A stretch of 32,000 bases of DNA from Nitrososphaerota archaeon. GTDB taxonomy: Archaea > Thermoproteota > Nitrososphaeria > Nitrososphaerales > UBA57. Both the position numbers and the translations under genes were made by a program. The stretch is taken from contig VHBL01000002.1 of NCBI GenBank assembly GCA_016871995.1, positions 1 through 32,000 of the forward strand, read 5' to 3'. Below, piece by piece: positions 17,115-25,481 of this stretch. The notes beneath the pieces were generated by a model, which made no database searches, had not been told where the DNA came from, and saw only the letters and a program-made list of their open reading frames with translations. Within the stretch, counting starts at the first letter, position 1. The number at the start of each line of letters is the position of its first letter.

Positions 17115-18350
17115 TTATTTTTTCTTGATTCGCACTTTTACCGCAGCATTATCTTTTACCTCCTCAACATAGAACAAAACATTATTCACTTCAGCCTCAT
17201 CGCCTATCTTTGGTAGATCCTTCAGAACGTGATGGAGTAGACCATTGATAGTAGAGCTCCCTGCAACCCTAGAAAGATCTACATTAAGAAATCTCTCAAC
17301 GTCCTCAATCTCAGTATCTCCATGAACTAATATTGTATCTCTATCTATTCTCCTTATTAGCATAGGAGAAATTTCACCTTCGTCCACTATTTCTCCCACG
17401 ATTTCTTCCACCAAGTCCTCCAAGGTAAGTAATCCTTCAACACCCCCAAACTCATCAACAACTATAGCCATATGGGCCTTTTTGGATTGGAATTCTCTAA
17501 GTAGGTTTCCAACAGCCTCCGTTTGAGAGACAAAGAGCGGTGTCCTAGCGACTTCCATTATGTTTAGCTTCCCTTTACGGTTTCGATGAGCAGTCAATAA
17601 CTCCTTAAGATATGCAATCCCAACCACCTTATCTCTAGAGCCGTCGATTATAGGTGCTCTAGAGTATCTGCTCTTAACCAATTCATTCATCGCATCTTTT
17701 ACAGAGATCTTAGAGTCGAGAACGAACATCCTGACTCTAGGCGTCATAACCTCTCTGGCAGTTATGTCACCGGACTTTAACGCACCTTTGATGAACTCCA
17801 TTTCATGCTTTTCTATGACTTGCTGTTCAGCACTCATTTCAATCATTGTCTTGAGCTCCTCTTCAGTCACTAGTGGTATCTGCCCTATACCCGATTTTGT
17901 AAAGGCCGAGGTAAGTTTCTCAAAAGGAATCACAAGAGGAACAAGTATGTAACTAAGAAGTTCTATCGGCCTAGCTACCAAAAGGGAGATCTTTTCATTA
18001 TGAACAGTTGCGTAAGACTTGGGAGTAATCTCTCCAAACGTAAGGATAGCAAGGGTAAGCACTCCTGTTGCTATCCCGAGTCCCACAGAGCCAAAGGCTT
18101 CAGTCGCTATCAATGTGCCCAATGCCGCAGCTCCAATATTAACCAAGTTATTCCCGATAAGTATGGTTATTAGAAATCGCTTAGGATTCTGTTTGAGTTT
18201 GTAAAGCGCATTAGCGCCCTTCTTTCTCTCTTCTATCAGTGTCCTCACTTTTACCTCCGTAGTCGAAATCACGGCAGTTTCACTTGCTGAAAAGAAAGCT
18301 GAAAGCCCGATTAGAGTTACGAGCACGACTATCTGAACTATGTCGACCAT
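17115..18350 (-). CDS. CNNM/CorC-HlyC family transporter (DUF21 TM domain + CBS pair + CorC_HlyC domain)
   Basis: It has four N-terminal TM helices and a TPR-containing CBS region (REVMTPRVRMFVL). The C-terminal transporter-associated domain is present. Length 411 aa. Confidence 0.9.
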   Translation of the reverse strand: MVDIVQIVVLVTLIGLSAFFSASETAVISTTEVKVRTLIEERKKGANALYKLKQNPKRFLITILIGNNLVNIGAAALGTLIATEAFGSVGLGIATGVLTLAILTFGEITPKSYATVHNEKISLLVARPIELLSYILVPLVIPFEKLTSAFTKSGIGQIPLVTEEELKTMIEMSAEQQVIEKHEMEFIKGALKSGDITAREVMTPRVRMFVLDSKISVKDAMNELVKSRYSRAPIIDGSRDKVVGIAYLKELLTAHRNRKGKLNIMEVARTPLFVSQTEAVGNLLREFQSKKAHMAIVVDEFGGVEGLLTLEDLVEEIVGEIVDEGEISPMLIRRIDRDTILVHGDTEIEDVERFLNVDLSRVAGSSTINGLLHHVLKDLPKIGDEAEVNNVLFYVEEVKDNAAVKVRIKKK

Positions 18351-18496
18351 TAATCTCCTCTATTTATGATCCAATCCCTTGATTAAAGTTTAGGTGAAAA
18401 CAGAACACTTGGATGTTCTTGGGGGCCAGATCAGTAGAGTTCAATTCTCAAGACAGTGGAGCAGAAGGAAAGAAAATTACTCCAGTCCAAAGATTG

Positions 18497-18821
18497 TCAA
18501 GTATTTGGACCAAACGGCAAAGCAATTATAGAGATGTTACAGGGACACATCATAGCGTCACCATTAACCATGTGGTGATGAGTGGTGTGTGGTAGAGTCC
18601 AGACACCAATGGGAGAATTGTGGTCGCAGGGAGGACGGTCCCTGAAGATCATCAAAATCAATAGTCGCATTGAAGTGTGTAACCGATGAAACATTGACTA
18701 CTCGTGAAGGTGCACTCGCCTTGAGAGTTGGAAGGAGCAGGTTAGTGAGCAGAAATGGTCGCTTTATTCCTGAGCTGCAACCTGTAATCATGCAAATCTT
18801 TCCACGCATAGCAGGTTGCAA
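18497..18821 (-). pseudogene. short-chain dehydrogenase/reductase relic (internally deleted and frame-broken)
   Basis: The 85-aa ORF has the NAD(P) motif [13 protein letters not shown]. This runs straight into [27 protein letters not shown], a mid-protein SDR segment, so ~100 aa between them are missing. The catalytic YxxxK region is not found in frame downstream. Confidence 0.55.
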
Positions 18822-18855
18822 GTCTTACTCCTCTCGATAGAGTATCATTTGTCAA

Positions 18856-18903
18856 TAACATAATCGCGCTTATTATGTTACTGAATCAAATAGTTTGAAT
18901 CAG
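18856..18903. promoter_or_regulatory. two adjacent palindromes upstream of the fdh-like gene (possible operator sites)
   Basis: TAACATAAT-n7-ATTATGTTA (18856-18880) has perfect 9-bp arms. CTGAATCAAA-tag-TTTGAATCAG (18881-18903) matches at 9/10. They lie 60-105 nt upstream of the start at 18963. Confidence 0.25.
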
Positions 18904-18962
18904 GGCGGATCTGCTAAATTACTTGTTTCATTAGAAAGCTCATTAAGACCTTTTCAGATGTT

Positions 18963-21003
18963 TTGCCTGTGTTGGCAGAAAAGCAAACTGTGTGCCCTTT
19001 CTGCGGTGTTGGTTGCGGCATAACCGTTTCAATAGTTGATGGAATACCAAAAAGAGTCCTTGGAGTCAAGGATCATCCTGTGAGTAGAGGGCATTTATGT
19101 GCAAAGGGCCTAGCGGCACTTGACATTCTGGCATCAAAGGAACGCTTGGGATATCCTCTAAAGAGAAACAACTTTGGCTCTTTTGAAAGAATTTCGTGGT
19201 CTAACGCTTTATCACAAATTAGTTCACGCATTAGAAGCATTGTTGAAAGACATGGTTCTGACACAATAGCCTTCTCAGGCGGCTGCTTGTGCACAAATGA
19301 AGAAAACTATCTGATTCAGAAACTTGCAAGGAGAATCGGAACTAATAACGTTGACAGCTGCGCAAGGCTCTGCCATCAACCATCTCTACATGCATTGAAG
19401 CGTATGGTAGGTTTCGGTGCTGCAAGCACTCCAATGAGTAGCATGAAGGATTCTAAACTATTAATGTTCATAGGCTCTAGTCTTGCTGACTCGCATCCCA
19501 TACTTACTCAATATGTAATGGCAGCCAAGAACAACGGGGCCAAAGTAATAGACATAGATCCTAGAGAGCCTTCCCTTGCTAGCTAAGTTTGCAGACCTTC
19601 ATCTGAAGATATCACCGGGGACTGATATTGCTCTGCTGAATGCTATGGCTAATGTAATCATAAGCGAGGGTCTTCAGAATGAACAGTTCATTCAAGATAG
19701 GACGACTGGCTACGAAGAGTTTAAGCAAGCAGTGGAGAAGTATTCACCTGAGAGCGTTGAAAGAATAACTAATGTGAATCCTTTTTTGATAAGGCAGGTT
19801 GCAAGACTATATGCCACGTCCGGAACGTCACTGATTCTTGCAGGGATAGGCATTACAGAGCAAATTCAAGGAACAAATACGGTCGCAGCAGTAGTCAACC
19901 TTGCACTTCTGACAGGCAATTATGGCAGGACAGGCACGGGAGTATGCCCTTTAAGGGGTCAGTCCAATGTTCAGGGGGCAGGAGATGTTGGAGCCTCTTC
20001 AGAGTTCTTCCCCGGAGGGCTAACAGTTAATGTAGAAAATGCAAAAGTGATGGAGAAAGCGTGGAGGTTCACAGTTCCTTCAAATGGAGGAGCAACGATG
20101 ATGGAGATGATCTCCAAAGCGCTGACCGGAGAGATCAAAGCTCTGTATTTTATGGGCTTCAACCCTGTGCACAGCCTTCCAGACAGGACACGGACAGAAA
20201 AGGCGCTTTCATCTCTTGAATTACTGGTAGTTCAGGACATCTTCATGAGCTCAACTGCAAACTTTGCGCACTATGTCCTCCCATGTGCAACTTGGCTAGA
20301 ACGGGAGGGTTCAACGACAAACATGGACAGAATGGTTCAATGGAGGGACAAGCTTTTAGCTCCATTGGGAGAAGCAAAGCCGGACTGGGAAATTCTTATC
20401 GAACTAGCAAAGGTACTAGGTTTCAGTGAGTTTGACTATAACTCTCCGCGTGATGTCTTGAAGGAGATAAGTCAGGTAGTTCGTGCATATTCAGGCATAA
20501 GCTGGGAACTGCTTTCAAGCAACATAGAGGTTCGATACCCTCTAGCGGATGGTAAAAACACTGATGTGCTCTTCGCGGAAAAGTTCAATACACGTGATGG
20601 TAAAGCAAATTTTGTACCCGTCGAATACCTACCAATTCAGTTCACCTCTGAAGAATTCCCTTTCGTGTTGACAACAGGTAGAGTAATTTCCAGATACAAT
20701 ACAGATGTTATGACTGGCAAATCAAAGCTACTGCTCATTCCTGGGACAGACATCAACTATGTTGAAGTTAATCCCGAAGACGCTGAAAGAATCGGTTTCA
20801 GGGAAGGGGACAAGGCGAGCATCACTTCGAGGTTTGGCAATGTGGTCCTGAGCGTGAGGATAACAACGTCAGTAAGGAATGGAATGTTGTTTGCACCAAT
20901 GCATGGAGGTATGGTGAACTATGTCACAGGAGGGTGCTTAGATGAAACTTCCCTTACTCCGTGCTACAAATGGACTGCTGTAAGACTGGCGCGTGCCGTT
21001 TAG
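18963..21003 (+). pseudogene. molybdopterin oxidoreductase, formate dehydrogenase alpha (FdhF-like, Cys type), split by a 1-nt frameshift
   Basis: The N-terminal 4Fe-4S motif is CPFCGVGCG...GHLCAKG. The active-site context CARLCHQPS is a Cys-His pair at the position where FdhH has SeCys-His. Frame 1 ends IDIDPREPSLAS* at 19586. Frame 2 continues LAKFADLHLKISPGTDIALLN, and the two frames overlap at 19558-19586. No Tat signal. Confidence 0.8.
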
Positions 21004-21045
21004 GTTTCTGAAAAGTCGTTTAGTCTTAAAGGCAGAATAAAGAGG

Positions 21046-21121
21046 AAGGAGGCTCCGTAACCCGCCTCCATAGGTGGAGAGGATACTTCACGAAAACGCT
21101 CTTATAGAGAATGTATACGGT
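21046..21121 (-). repeat. right copy of inverted repeat (partner 14026-14103)
   Basis: See the left copy. This copy lies between the fdh-like stop (21003) and the tRNA-Asn promoter. Confidence 0.6.
21101..21108 (+). promoter_or_regulatory. TATA box for tRNA-Asn
   Basis: cttataga is centred ~27 nt upstream of the mature tRNA 5' end at 21133. Confidence 0.4.
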
Positions 21122-21132
21122 GTGCTTGATAG

Positions 21133-21236
21133 GCCACCGTAGCTCAGCGTGGTAGAGCAGCTGAATATTGTGCTGATGCTGTTACCTCGTTGAGAGAGAA
21201 ACCAGCTGGTCGTCGGTTCAAGTCCGACCGGTGGCG
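21133..21236 (+). tRNA. tRNA-Asn(GUU) with two short introns (14 nt at 30/31; 16 nt at 37/38)
   Basis: Acceptor stem GCCACCG/CGGTGGC, discriminator G73. D-arm GCTC-AGCGTGGTA-GAGC. T-arm GTCGG-TTCAAGT-CCGAC. Removing 21164-21177 and 21185-21200 gives the anticodon arm GCTGG-CTGTTAA-CCAGC. Both introns can be drawn as bulge-helix-bulge motifs (see findings). The mature length is 74 nt. CCA is not encoded. Confidence 0.8.
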
Positions 21237-21274
21237 CATCAAATTTAATCCTAAAATAGGACTTTTTCCGCTAT

Positions 21275-21308
21275 AGCTGGCGGAGGTTCAAGTCTTCCCT
21301 GACTCGCA
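21275..21308 (+). other. orphan tRNA 3'-half-like sequence (anticodon-stem 3' strand to discriminator)
   Basis: AGCTGGCGGAGGTTCAAGTCTTCCCTGACTCGCA aligns to the tRNA-Asn 3' half (21204-21238) at 27/36 positions with one gap, counting the shared TC that follows each sequence. T-stem changes are compensatory (GTCGG/CCGAC becomes GGAGG/CTTCC). No complementary 5' acceptor strand (GAGTCAG) is nearby. Confidence 0.5.
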
Positions 21309-21313
21309 TCCGC

Positions 21314-21766
21314 TTGCCATATAACCTGTTGGAAGGTAAATACTACGATGTATTCCGAGAGTGCGTCAAGAGTCCAAAGAGCCTTCCTTCGTATCAGAGA
21401 AGCCTGATAAAATTTCTAACTTATGTCAAGATGGATGCTAATCGTTTTGTCAACCTTGCTTTGAAGAATCCGAAGAAAGCTCAGGACCTCATAATTGATT
21501 TCCTGCTTGTACAAAAGAGACGATACGAGAAGAAGGAAATATCAGGATCATACATAAAGAACCTAAAGAAACCGATCAAGCTCTTACTGGAAGTCAATGA
21601 CGTAACCCGAATTAACTGGAAAAAGGTCAGCCGTATCCTTCCTCCAGAGAGAAGGTATGCATTGGACAGAGCTCCAACCATTGAAGAGCTAAGATTGCTT
21701 TACCAAGCTGGAGGTTTGCGGGAACGCTTCTGCCTGCTAACGATGGCTAGCAGCGGCATTACCTAA
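21314..21766 (+). pseudogene. truncated tyrosine recombinase/integrase (N-terminal domain only)
   Basis: A SAM-like N-terminal domain is followed by DRAPTIEELRLLYQAGGLRERFCLLTMASSGIT*. The stop falls exactly where the box I catalytic Arg (..SGxR) is expected. The reading frame is open upstream to 21278, through the tRNA-like T-arm. Confidence 0.6.
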
Positions 21767-21825
21767 TAACACCCTCGTACCCTCAATGAAATTAAACTCG
21801 AATGTATTCCAGACCAAGGCCAAAA

Positions 21826-22194
21826 TCAGTGTCGGCTCCTATTGTAAGAAACAGCGAAACTGGTCTTCTTTTTGAGCTCTTTGTATGGGTTCTCATGGCC
21901 TTGCACTTGAAGGCGAAGTACTTGCGACGCTATCGCCAGCAGGCTTGCGGCAACGATTACTGCGCTAATCGATGTTCTTATCATTACACTGGCAACAGCA
22001 AGATCGTGCAAATGAGCAAGTAGCAATTCTGTTGCAACAACGATGCTGAAGGCTATGTAAGAGAGGAAGAGCAGGTACCTTACCGAATGAAAATACGAGA
22101 GCCTTTGACTCATAACTAGATATGCGTGATAACCTGTAAACACTATCGTTGCTAAGGACAGGATTATTTCTACCAGAAGCGTCCAGTATTCCAA
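21826..22194 (-). CDS. hypothetical small membrane protein (3-4 TM)
   Basis: It has hydrophobic segments LLVEIILSLATIVFTGY, YLLFLSYIAFSIVVATELLL and ISAVIVAASLLAIA. TTG start. No motif recognised. Confidence 0.45.
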   Translation of the reverse strand: MEYWTLLVEIILSLATIVFTGYHAYLVMSQRLSYFHSVRYLLFLSYIAFSIVVATELLLAHLHDLAVASVMIRTSISAVIVAASLLAIASQVLRLQVQGHENPYKELKKKTSFAVSYNRSRH

Positions 22195-22294
22195 GTTAGT
22201 TCACTTTTCGGGTGAGGATATTAAGGAATTATGGATCCAGAATCTATAAGACGTATAGTAGCAGATATAAGAAGCAGATTTTTGTCTTGCCTTA

Positions 22295-23599
22295 ATGGAT
22301 GCTTATGACGTAGTTGTCATTGGTGGTGGATGCGTTGGTTGCTCTACAATTTATCATTTATCGCAGCAATATCAAGGGAAGTTCTTGCTCATAGAAAAAG
22401 AGTATCAACATGCTATGCACACCAGCAACGTCTTCAGGAACAGTGGCACAATTCATGATGGGGCAACGGAGGATTACGTGCCAGGTACGAAAAAGTACGT
22501 CATGAGCCCTTCGGGGGCAAGGAAACTCATCGACTACTGCAAAGCTGCAGAAAAGAAATACAAGAAAAATCTAGCCAAAAAAGTCGGGAAGATGGTAGTT
22601 GACAGCACGAGGGAGAAACTTGACAAGATGGAAGAAGGTAGCAATAAAATCGGTTTTGATGTTAGGGTATTAGGCAGGAAGGAGATAGAGAAGATACAGC
22701 CTATAGTTGTACGTGAGAGAGAGGAAAGAGATCAAGTGTTTGCTCTTTATCATTCTGAAGCTCATATAATTGATTCTTCCGCATACGTGGACACATTGGT
22801 TGGCGAGGCTAAGGAGAAAGGAGCCGAGTTTGCTTATAGCACCAAACTAACCGGTCTGAAAGAAAAAGATGGCCTATTGGAGATAGAAACTAGCAAAGGA
22901 AACTTGCTTGCGAGATATGTCGTAAACTCTGCAGGCATGCACGCAATAACGATAGCAAGAGAATTAGGGGTAGGAGATGACTATACTCTAATACCAGTGC
23001 GTGGGGATTTCTTTGAGATTGTAGGCGCAAAAGCGACGGAGATAACCAAATGTATCTATCAAGCGCCTGTAAAATCATCTACTGCAGGAACGAGCAACCC
23101 TCAGCACTTTCATCCGTCAATGCACGGGAAAACTTACGGAGGGCCTACTGCTGTCCCAATTTACGGCATGGAGCTATATGCAGGTAAGCCTGAAGAGAAT
23201 GCTGTCGATAGCAAGTACTATCTGCTAGAATTGGCAAAGGCGACTCTTGGGTTTTCGGGCTTCTGGAAGCTTCTCATGAAGGGAAGTTTCTGGGAGATGA
23301 GCTACAGGGAATTCAGAAAATCCGTCTTGCCCGAGAGGTGGGCACTGAAGTACTTCTTACAGGATGCAAGGAAACTCATTCCATCGCTAGAAAAGTCTGA
23401 TTTGGTAAAGTCTCCGCATTCGGGAATAAGGGCTCAGCCGCTAGATAAACAGGGGAACATGGTTCCAGACATCCAAATACTGTACGGGAGAAATTCGTCG
23501 CACTACTTCAGCCCCTCACCTGCACTCTCTCTCTCAATCACATTGGGAGAGAATGAAAGTGCTCGCATAGCGACAGAGTTAGACCTTAAGCCATTATAA
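22295..23599 (+). CDS. FAD-dependent oxidoreductase (DAO family; L-2-hydroxyglutarate oxidase-like)
   Basis: The N-terminal dinucleotide fold is YDVVVIGGGCVGCS. This is followed by HTSNVFRNSGTIHDG and NSAGMHA segments typical of the DAO/LhgO group. Confidence 0.75.
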   Translation: MDAYDVVVIGGGCVGCSTIYHLSQQYQGKFLLIEKEYQHAMHTSNVFRNSGTIHDGATEDYVPGTKKYVMSPSGARKLIDYCKAAEKKYKKNLAKKVGKMVVDSTREKLDKMEEGSNKIGFDVRVLGRKEIEKIQPIVVREREERDQVFALYHSEAHIIDSSAYVDTLVGEAKEKGAEFAYSTKLTGLKEKDGLLEIETSKGNLLARYVVNSAGMHAITIARELGVGDDYTLIPVRGDFFEIVGAKATEITKCIYQAPVKSSTAGTSNPQHFHPSMHGKTYGGPTAVPIYGMELYAGKPEENAVDSKYYLLELAKATLGFSGFWKLLMKGSFWEMSYREFRKSVLPERWALKYFLQDARKLIPSLEKSDLVKSPHSGIRAQPLDKQGNMVPDIQILYGRNSSHYFSPSPALSLSITLGENESARIATELDLKPL

Positions 23600-23607
23600 C
23601 AAGAAAT

Positions 23608-25038
23608 TTACTTTGACCCACCCAGTGTGAGAACTCTTATGATGTCTGTCCTGCCTTTTGGACTTGTAGGACTCCCAGCAACGACGATTATCTGGTCGCC
23701 TTTTTTACCGTACTTGTTCTTGAGCACGATTTGCTCCGACTCCCTGAATATCTCTTCAGCCGTCTTGAGGGTGCGCGACATAATAGGTATCACTCCCCAA
23801 GAAATCAGCAATTGCCTAGCTACATCCTCGTCTCCCGTTAGGGCAAGTATGGGTTGGGGGCACCGATACCTTGAAATTCTCCTTGCTGTCAGCCCAGATC
23901 TTGTTGGAGCGACAACAGCTGCAGCTTTTATGTTAAGTGCCAGTTCTACTGCCGAAAGGCTCAGAGCTTCACCGATGCCAGGCTCTAAATTCTCTCTATG
24001 CTTCCTGATTACTGCACGATGATCTATTGCCTTTTCAGCCTCCTGCACTATCTTAGACATTACCCGCACTGCTTGGACGGGGTAGTTGCCAACAGCAGTT
24101 TCTTCCGATAACATGACTGCGTCAGTTCCATCAAGAACGGCGTTAGCTATGTCTGTCACTTCTGCTCTGGTAGGCGTAGGGCTGTTCACCATGGACATGA
24201 GCATCTGCGTCGCGGTTATCACTGGTTTGCCAGCATCGTTGCACTTTTCAATAATTTTCTTCTGTATGATGGGAGTTCTTTCAAAAGGTAATTCGACACC
24301 AAGGTCTCCTCTTGCGACCATTATCCCGTCTGCAATTTCGAGAATCTCCTCTAATCTCCTGAATCCCTCTGCCTTCTCTATCTTGGCAATGATCATCGCA
24401 TTGCTGCTATCCTGATGAACAAGTTCCTTGGCTACTCGTACGTCGTCTGGTCCTCTAACGAAAGACACAGCAAGAAAGTCAGCTCCCGCCTCTATGCCGA
24501 AGCGTATGTGCGCTTTGTCAACATCGGTTATGGCTGGAAGTTTTAAACTCCTGCTCGGCACATTCACGCCCTTTCTTGAGAAGAGCAGTCCTCCTACAAC
24601 TACCTTACAGATAACATCGTGGCCCTTTACGCGTTTGACTTTGAGAGTTATTAGGCCATTGGCAAGCGAAATTTCGTCTCCAGCGGACACCTCGGATGCC
24701 AAATCAGCATAGTCAACAGGAATTCTCTCGCTTATACCCTCAAAGTCACCCGGCGAGAGAGTAATCTCCGCACCTCTCTCAAGCAACATAGGACTAATTT
24801 TGATCTTCCCTACTCGTATCCTTGGCCCAGGCAGATCAAGCAACAGCCCTATTGGCGTTTGCGTTATGCTAGATGCCTTTCTGACAGCGTCGATTAGAGA
24901 TTTATGAGTACTCCTGTTGCCATGCGAGAGATTTACCCTAGCAACATTCATACCTGCCTTTATCATCCCGCATATTGTATCGGTTGAGGAGCTGTTAGGC
25001 CCGACAGTGCATACGATCTTAGTTGCGCAAGTGCCCAT
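23608..25038 (-). CDS. pyk: pyruvate kinase
   Basis: TKIVCTVGPNSSS...MNVARVNLSHGN, IIAKIE, MVARGDLGVE and a C-terminal alpha/beta domain are all present. ATG at 25038 is preferred over the TTG at 25059 given in the ORF track. Confidence 0.9.
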   Translation of the reverse strand: MGTCATKIVCTVGPNSSSTDTICGMIKAGMNVARVNLSHGNRSTHKSLIDAVRKASSITQTPIGLLLDLPGPRIRVGKIKISPMLLERGAEITLSPGDFEGISERIPVDYADLASEVSAGDEISLANGLITLKVKRVKGHDVICKVVVGGLLFSRKGVNVPSRSLKLPAITDVDKAHIRFGIEAGADFLAVSFVRGPDDVRVAKELVHQDSSNAMIIAKIEKAEGFRRLEEILEIADGIMVARGDLGVELPFERTPIIQKKIIEKCNDAGKPVITATQMLMSMVNSPTPTRAEVTDIANAVLDGTDAVMLSEETAVGNYPVQAVRVMSKIVQEAEKAIDHRAVIRKHRENLEPGIGEALSLSAVELALNIKAAAVVAPTRSGLTARRISRYRCPQPILALTGDEDVARQLLISWGVIPIMSRTLKTAEEIFRESEQIVLKNKYGKKGDQIIVVAGSPTSPKGRTDIIRVLTLGGSK

Positions 25039-25158
25039 CACCGCTGCTATAAGGAGCAAGGATAAAGTGTTAACCCTTCGTTGCCATGCTTAATGGAACG
25101 GGCGTTCCAAGGAATTCCTTATCCTCATTTCTTATGCAATAATGGTCTTGAAAATAAG

Positions 25159-25368
25159 ATGTCAGGAAGAAACGGTTCAATCAGAAAAACTAAATCTGAT
25201 ACTGTGTGTCGATTCTGCAGAAAATTACTACACAGCGGTAGGATGGCAAGGAAGTTTACTGTTCATGGGAGAGCTGTATACGAATGCAGCGATCATTTCC
25301 CGAGAGAGTCCGAGCAAAAGATAGCGAAGATGGAGCAGATTATGGTTCCTGGTAAAGCTGCTTATTGA
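25159..25368 (+). CDS. hypothetical 69-aa Cys/His-containing protein
   Basis: Translates as MSGRNGSIRKTKSDTVCRFCRKLLHSG...VYECSDHF (CxxC ... CxxH). An A/T-rich box lies ~25 nt upstream of ATG 25159. The longer ORF-track start (25081) would leave only ~20-40 nt of spacer to the divergent pyk start. Confidence 0.35.
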   Translation: MSGRNGSIRKTKSDTVCRFCRKLLHSGRMARKFTVHGRAVYECSDHFPRESEQKIAKMEQIMVPGKAAY

Positions 25369-25481
25369 AGACCGGTCGGTGATACCACTACAAGGCATAT
25401 TAAAAGTCGAGCTTATGCACGTGGTCGACCTTTTTTCTACCTAACGCTTTAAAGCAAAGCAGGTAAAGCACCAATCAATTA

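Larger units (their letters stand above)
13991..21158. mobile_element. candidate decayed integrated element at tRNA-Asn (~7.1 kb; boundaries defined by the direct and inverted repeats)
   Basis: A direct repeat covers tRNA-Asn positions 1-26 (13991-14016 vs 21133-21158). The first 16 nt are identical and 23/26 match overall. An inverted repeat lies just inside each copy. The interior holds an integrase N-terminal relic, small Zn-finger ORFs and two broken genes. Counter-evidence: hflX and corC-like genes look like housekeeping genes. Confidence 0.3.

Noticed and set aside
18413-18694. ORFs 18413-18595 (+) and 18497-18694 (-) as independent genes
   Set aside because: They have odd composition (His/Trp/Cys-rich), no start context and no motifs. 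They fall within the degraded 3' part of the SDR relic and the CorC promoter spacer.
19558-19586. Programmed +1 ribosomal frameshift in the fdh-like gene
   Set aside because: The site (GCT AGC TAA G) lacks a recognisable slippery codon that could re-pair in the +1 frame, and no stimulatory element is evident. A simple 1-nt indel (mutation or assembly error) is the economical explanation.
13991-21132. Split-tRNA / trans-splicing interpretation. The 5' tRNA half at 13991 plus its trailer is complementary to the leader upstream of the tRNA at 21133, as in Nanoarchaeum or Caldivirga split tRNAs.
   Set aside because: Joining the exons at the ends of the complementary region does not give a cloverleaf. 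The candidate 3' exon would begin TGTGCTTGATAG, followed by a complete tRNA. The 5' fragment's anticodon-stem strand (CCGGAC) cannot pair with CCAGC of the 3' half. The downstream gene is already a self-sufficient tRNA-Asn. Two of the three core mismatches would be A-C rather than G-U.
21802-22023. 73-aa plus-strand ORF downstream of the integrase fragment
   Set aside because: It is antisense to a more plausible TM-rich ORF (21826-22194). It has no integrase catalytic motifs (no HxxR or Y region), so it is not the missing C-terminal part.
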